Source: a virus
Direction: 5' to 3' (one strand)
IMG/VR virus record: IMGVR_UViG_3300040786_000030
Coordinates: 88,281-152,280 of that record
DNA: 64,000 nucleotides
The notes under the pieces were generated by a model. That model did no database searches. It was not told the DNA's origin and was given only the letters and a program-made list of their open reading frames with translations. The position numbers and the translations under genes were made by a program. How positions within the stretch are numbered: position 1 is the first letter of the stretch; every line of letters begins with the position of its first letter. Positions 63,093-64,000 of the stretch are shown here, in pieces.

Positions 63093-64000
63093 ATGGATAA
63101 AAATATAATTAAGAATATTTTAAATGCTAGATTCATAAATGAAGAAAGTACACCTGGAATTGATGTTACTAAGAAAGTTCAAAAGCTTCTGAAAAGATTA
63201 ATAAAACTGGTATTAGTGACATGGCTAAAGGTAATTTAGAATATGATAAAGCAATTAAAAAAACAGATAAAACACCTAAACCAGATAATAAATTTAATTA
63301 TAATGGTGATAAAGAAAAGAATACCATGATGAAATGGAAATTTTAACGGTCAAGAAATGATTCAATACGATAGAGAACCCAACGAATTGTTTAAAGCACG
63401 TGCTAAAGAATCAATAGAAGGTAGTTCTAGAATGGGTAATAAAGGTGGTCCAGGAATGGGTAACGCAGAAGCAACATGGGGCGCATCAAATGATGACTTT
63501 GGTAAAACTTAGTTAAATTAGCTGCTGATTCAGCTAAGAAAAGACAAGAAGCTGAAAGAGGTATTATTAGTTTTGGTGATGATATTGAAACGGTACCAAA
63601 AAATAATAAACCTATGTCAAACATTCAGCATTTAATGAAAACACTGAACAAGCTAGTAAAGATATTGAATCTAATAAACCTTATGGTTCAGAAGATGAGT
63701 ACGAGTTTAATAATGACGAAAATAATAAACCAAAAAATAAAGAACCAAAATAAAAGAATCAATGAAAAGACTTAAATTTAATAAAGAATTCAATGGCGTT
63801 GAAATGCCTTAAAAAATGATACCAGAATCATATAGAACGGATAATAAAGAATTCGAAATGACTGATGGTGTAGAATCATATAGAATCCGTTGGGAAGGTA
63901 CTCTTCTGAAGGTAAAGCTATAATATTAACCGCAGCAAATAAAACTATGGTTAATGAGGATATGGAGAATATGAAACGTCTTATGGGTTATAAATCACAA
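63093..64000 (+). CDS. Hypothetical late protein, 3' truncated (frameshifted)
   Basis: Follows ATATTTAT at 63068 and reads MDKNIIK...FEMTDG..SYRIRWEG. Confidence 0.55.

Noticed and set aside
2544-63624. Minus-strand ORFs in the track outside 50.5-51.9 kb (e.g. 4621-5067, 13772-14197, 62460-62840) and plus-strand ORF 51045-51377
   Set aside because: They are antisense shadows of well-supported genes on the opposite strand, with no motifs or expression signals.
1-64000. Mass pseudogenisation or programmed frameshifting
   Set aside because: Breaks hit essential genes (nrdA, nrdB, dnaB, primase) uniformly and fall mostly in homopolymer runs while catalytic motifs stay intact. This is typical of uncorrected long-read indels.
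1-64000. Stop-codon reassignment (TAG or TGA recoding as in some large phages)
   Set aside because: Conserved proteins resume in a different frame rather than reading through in-frame stops, and TAG/TGA appear as plausible true stops (e.g. 53430, 60803).

Overview
A very AT-rich segment of a large (jumbo/huge) contractile-tailed dsDNA phage, almost entirely + strand. Recurrent TTG-N-TAnnTTTG promoters, a Bacteroidota-type primary sigma factor, and SprB-type and Flavobacterium adhesin-type repeats point to a Bacteroidota host, probably Flavobacteriia. Most genes are broken by 1-nt indels in homopolymer runs, which look like long-read errors. The ORF track therefore fragments the real genes, and the CDS coordinates below are manually stitched and approximate. 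Gene order: tape measure; baseplate/hub genes with OmpA-like, M15 peptidase and lysozyme domains; replication genes (SSB, RecA, 5'-3' exonuclease, DnaB, nrdB, nrdA); wedge and tail-fibre genes, one ending in a Hint domain; RuvC-like resolvase, primase and PD-(D/E)XK exonuclease; ClpP, SbcD/SbcC, sigma-70; lysis-like and late genes. The most unusual feature is the only minus-strand block, a 1.5 kb cassette at about 50.45-52.07 kb. It sits in the exonuclease 3' end, which is duplicated and synonymously recoded at the junction. It encodes an HNH endonuclease and a degenerate terminase-ATPase fused to a ribbon-helix-helix domain, and carries divergent promoters. No tRNA, rRNA or CRISPR array was recognised. 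All family assignments come from motif recognition by eye, not from database searches.
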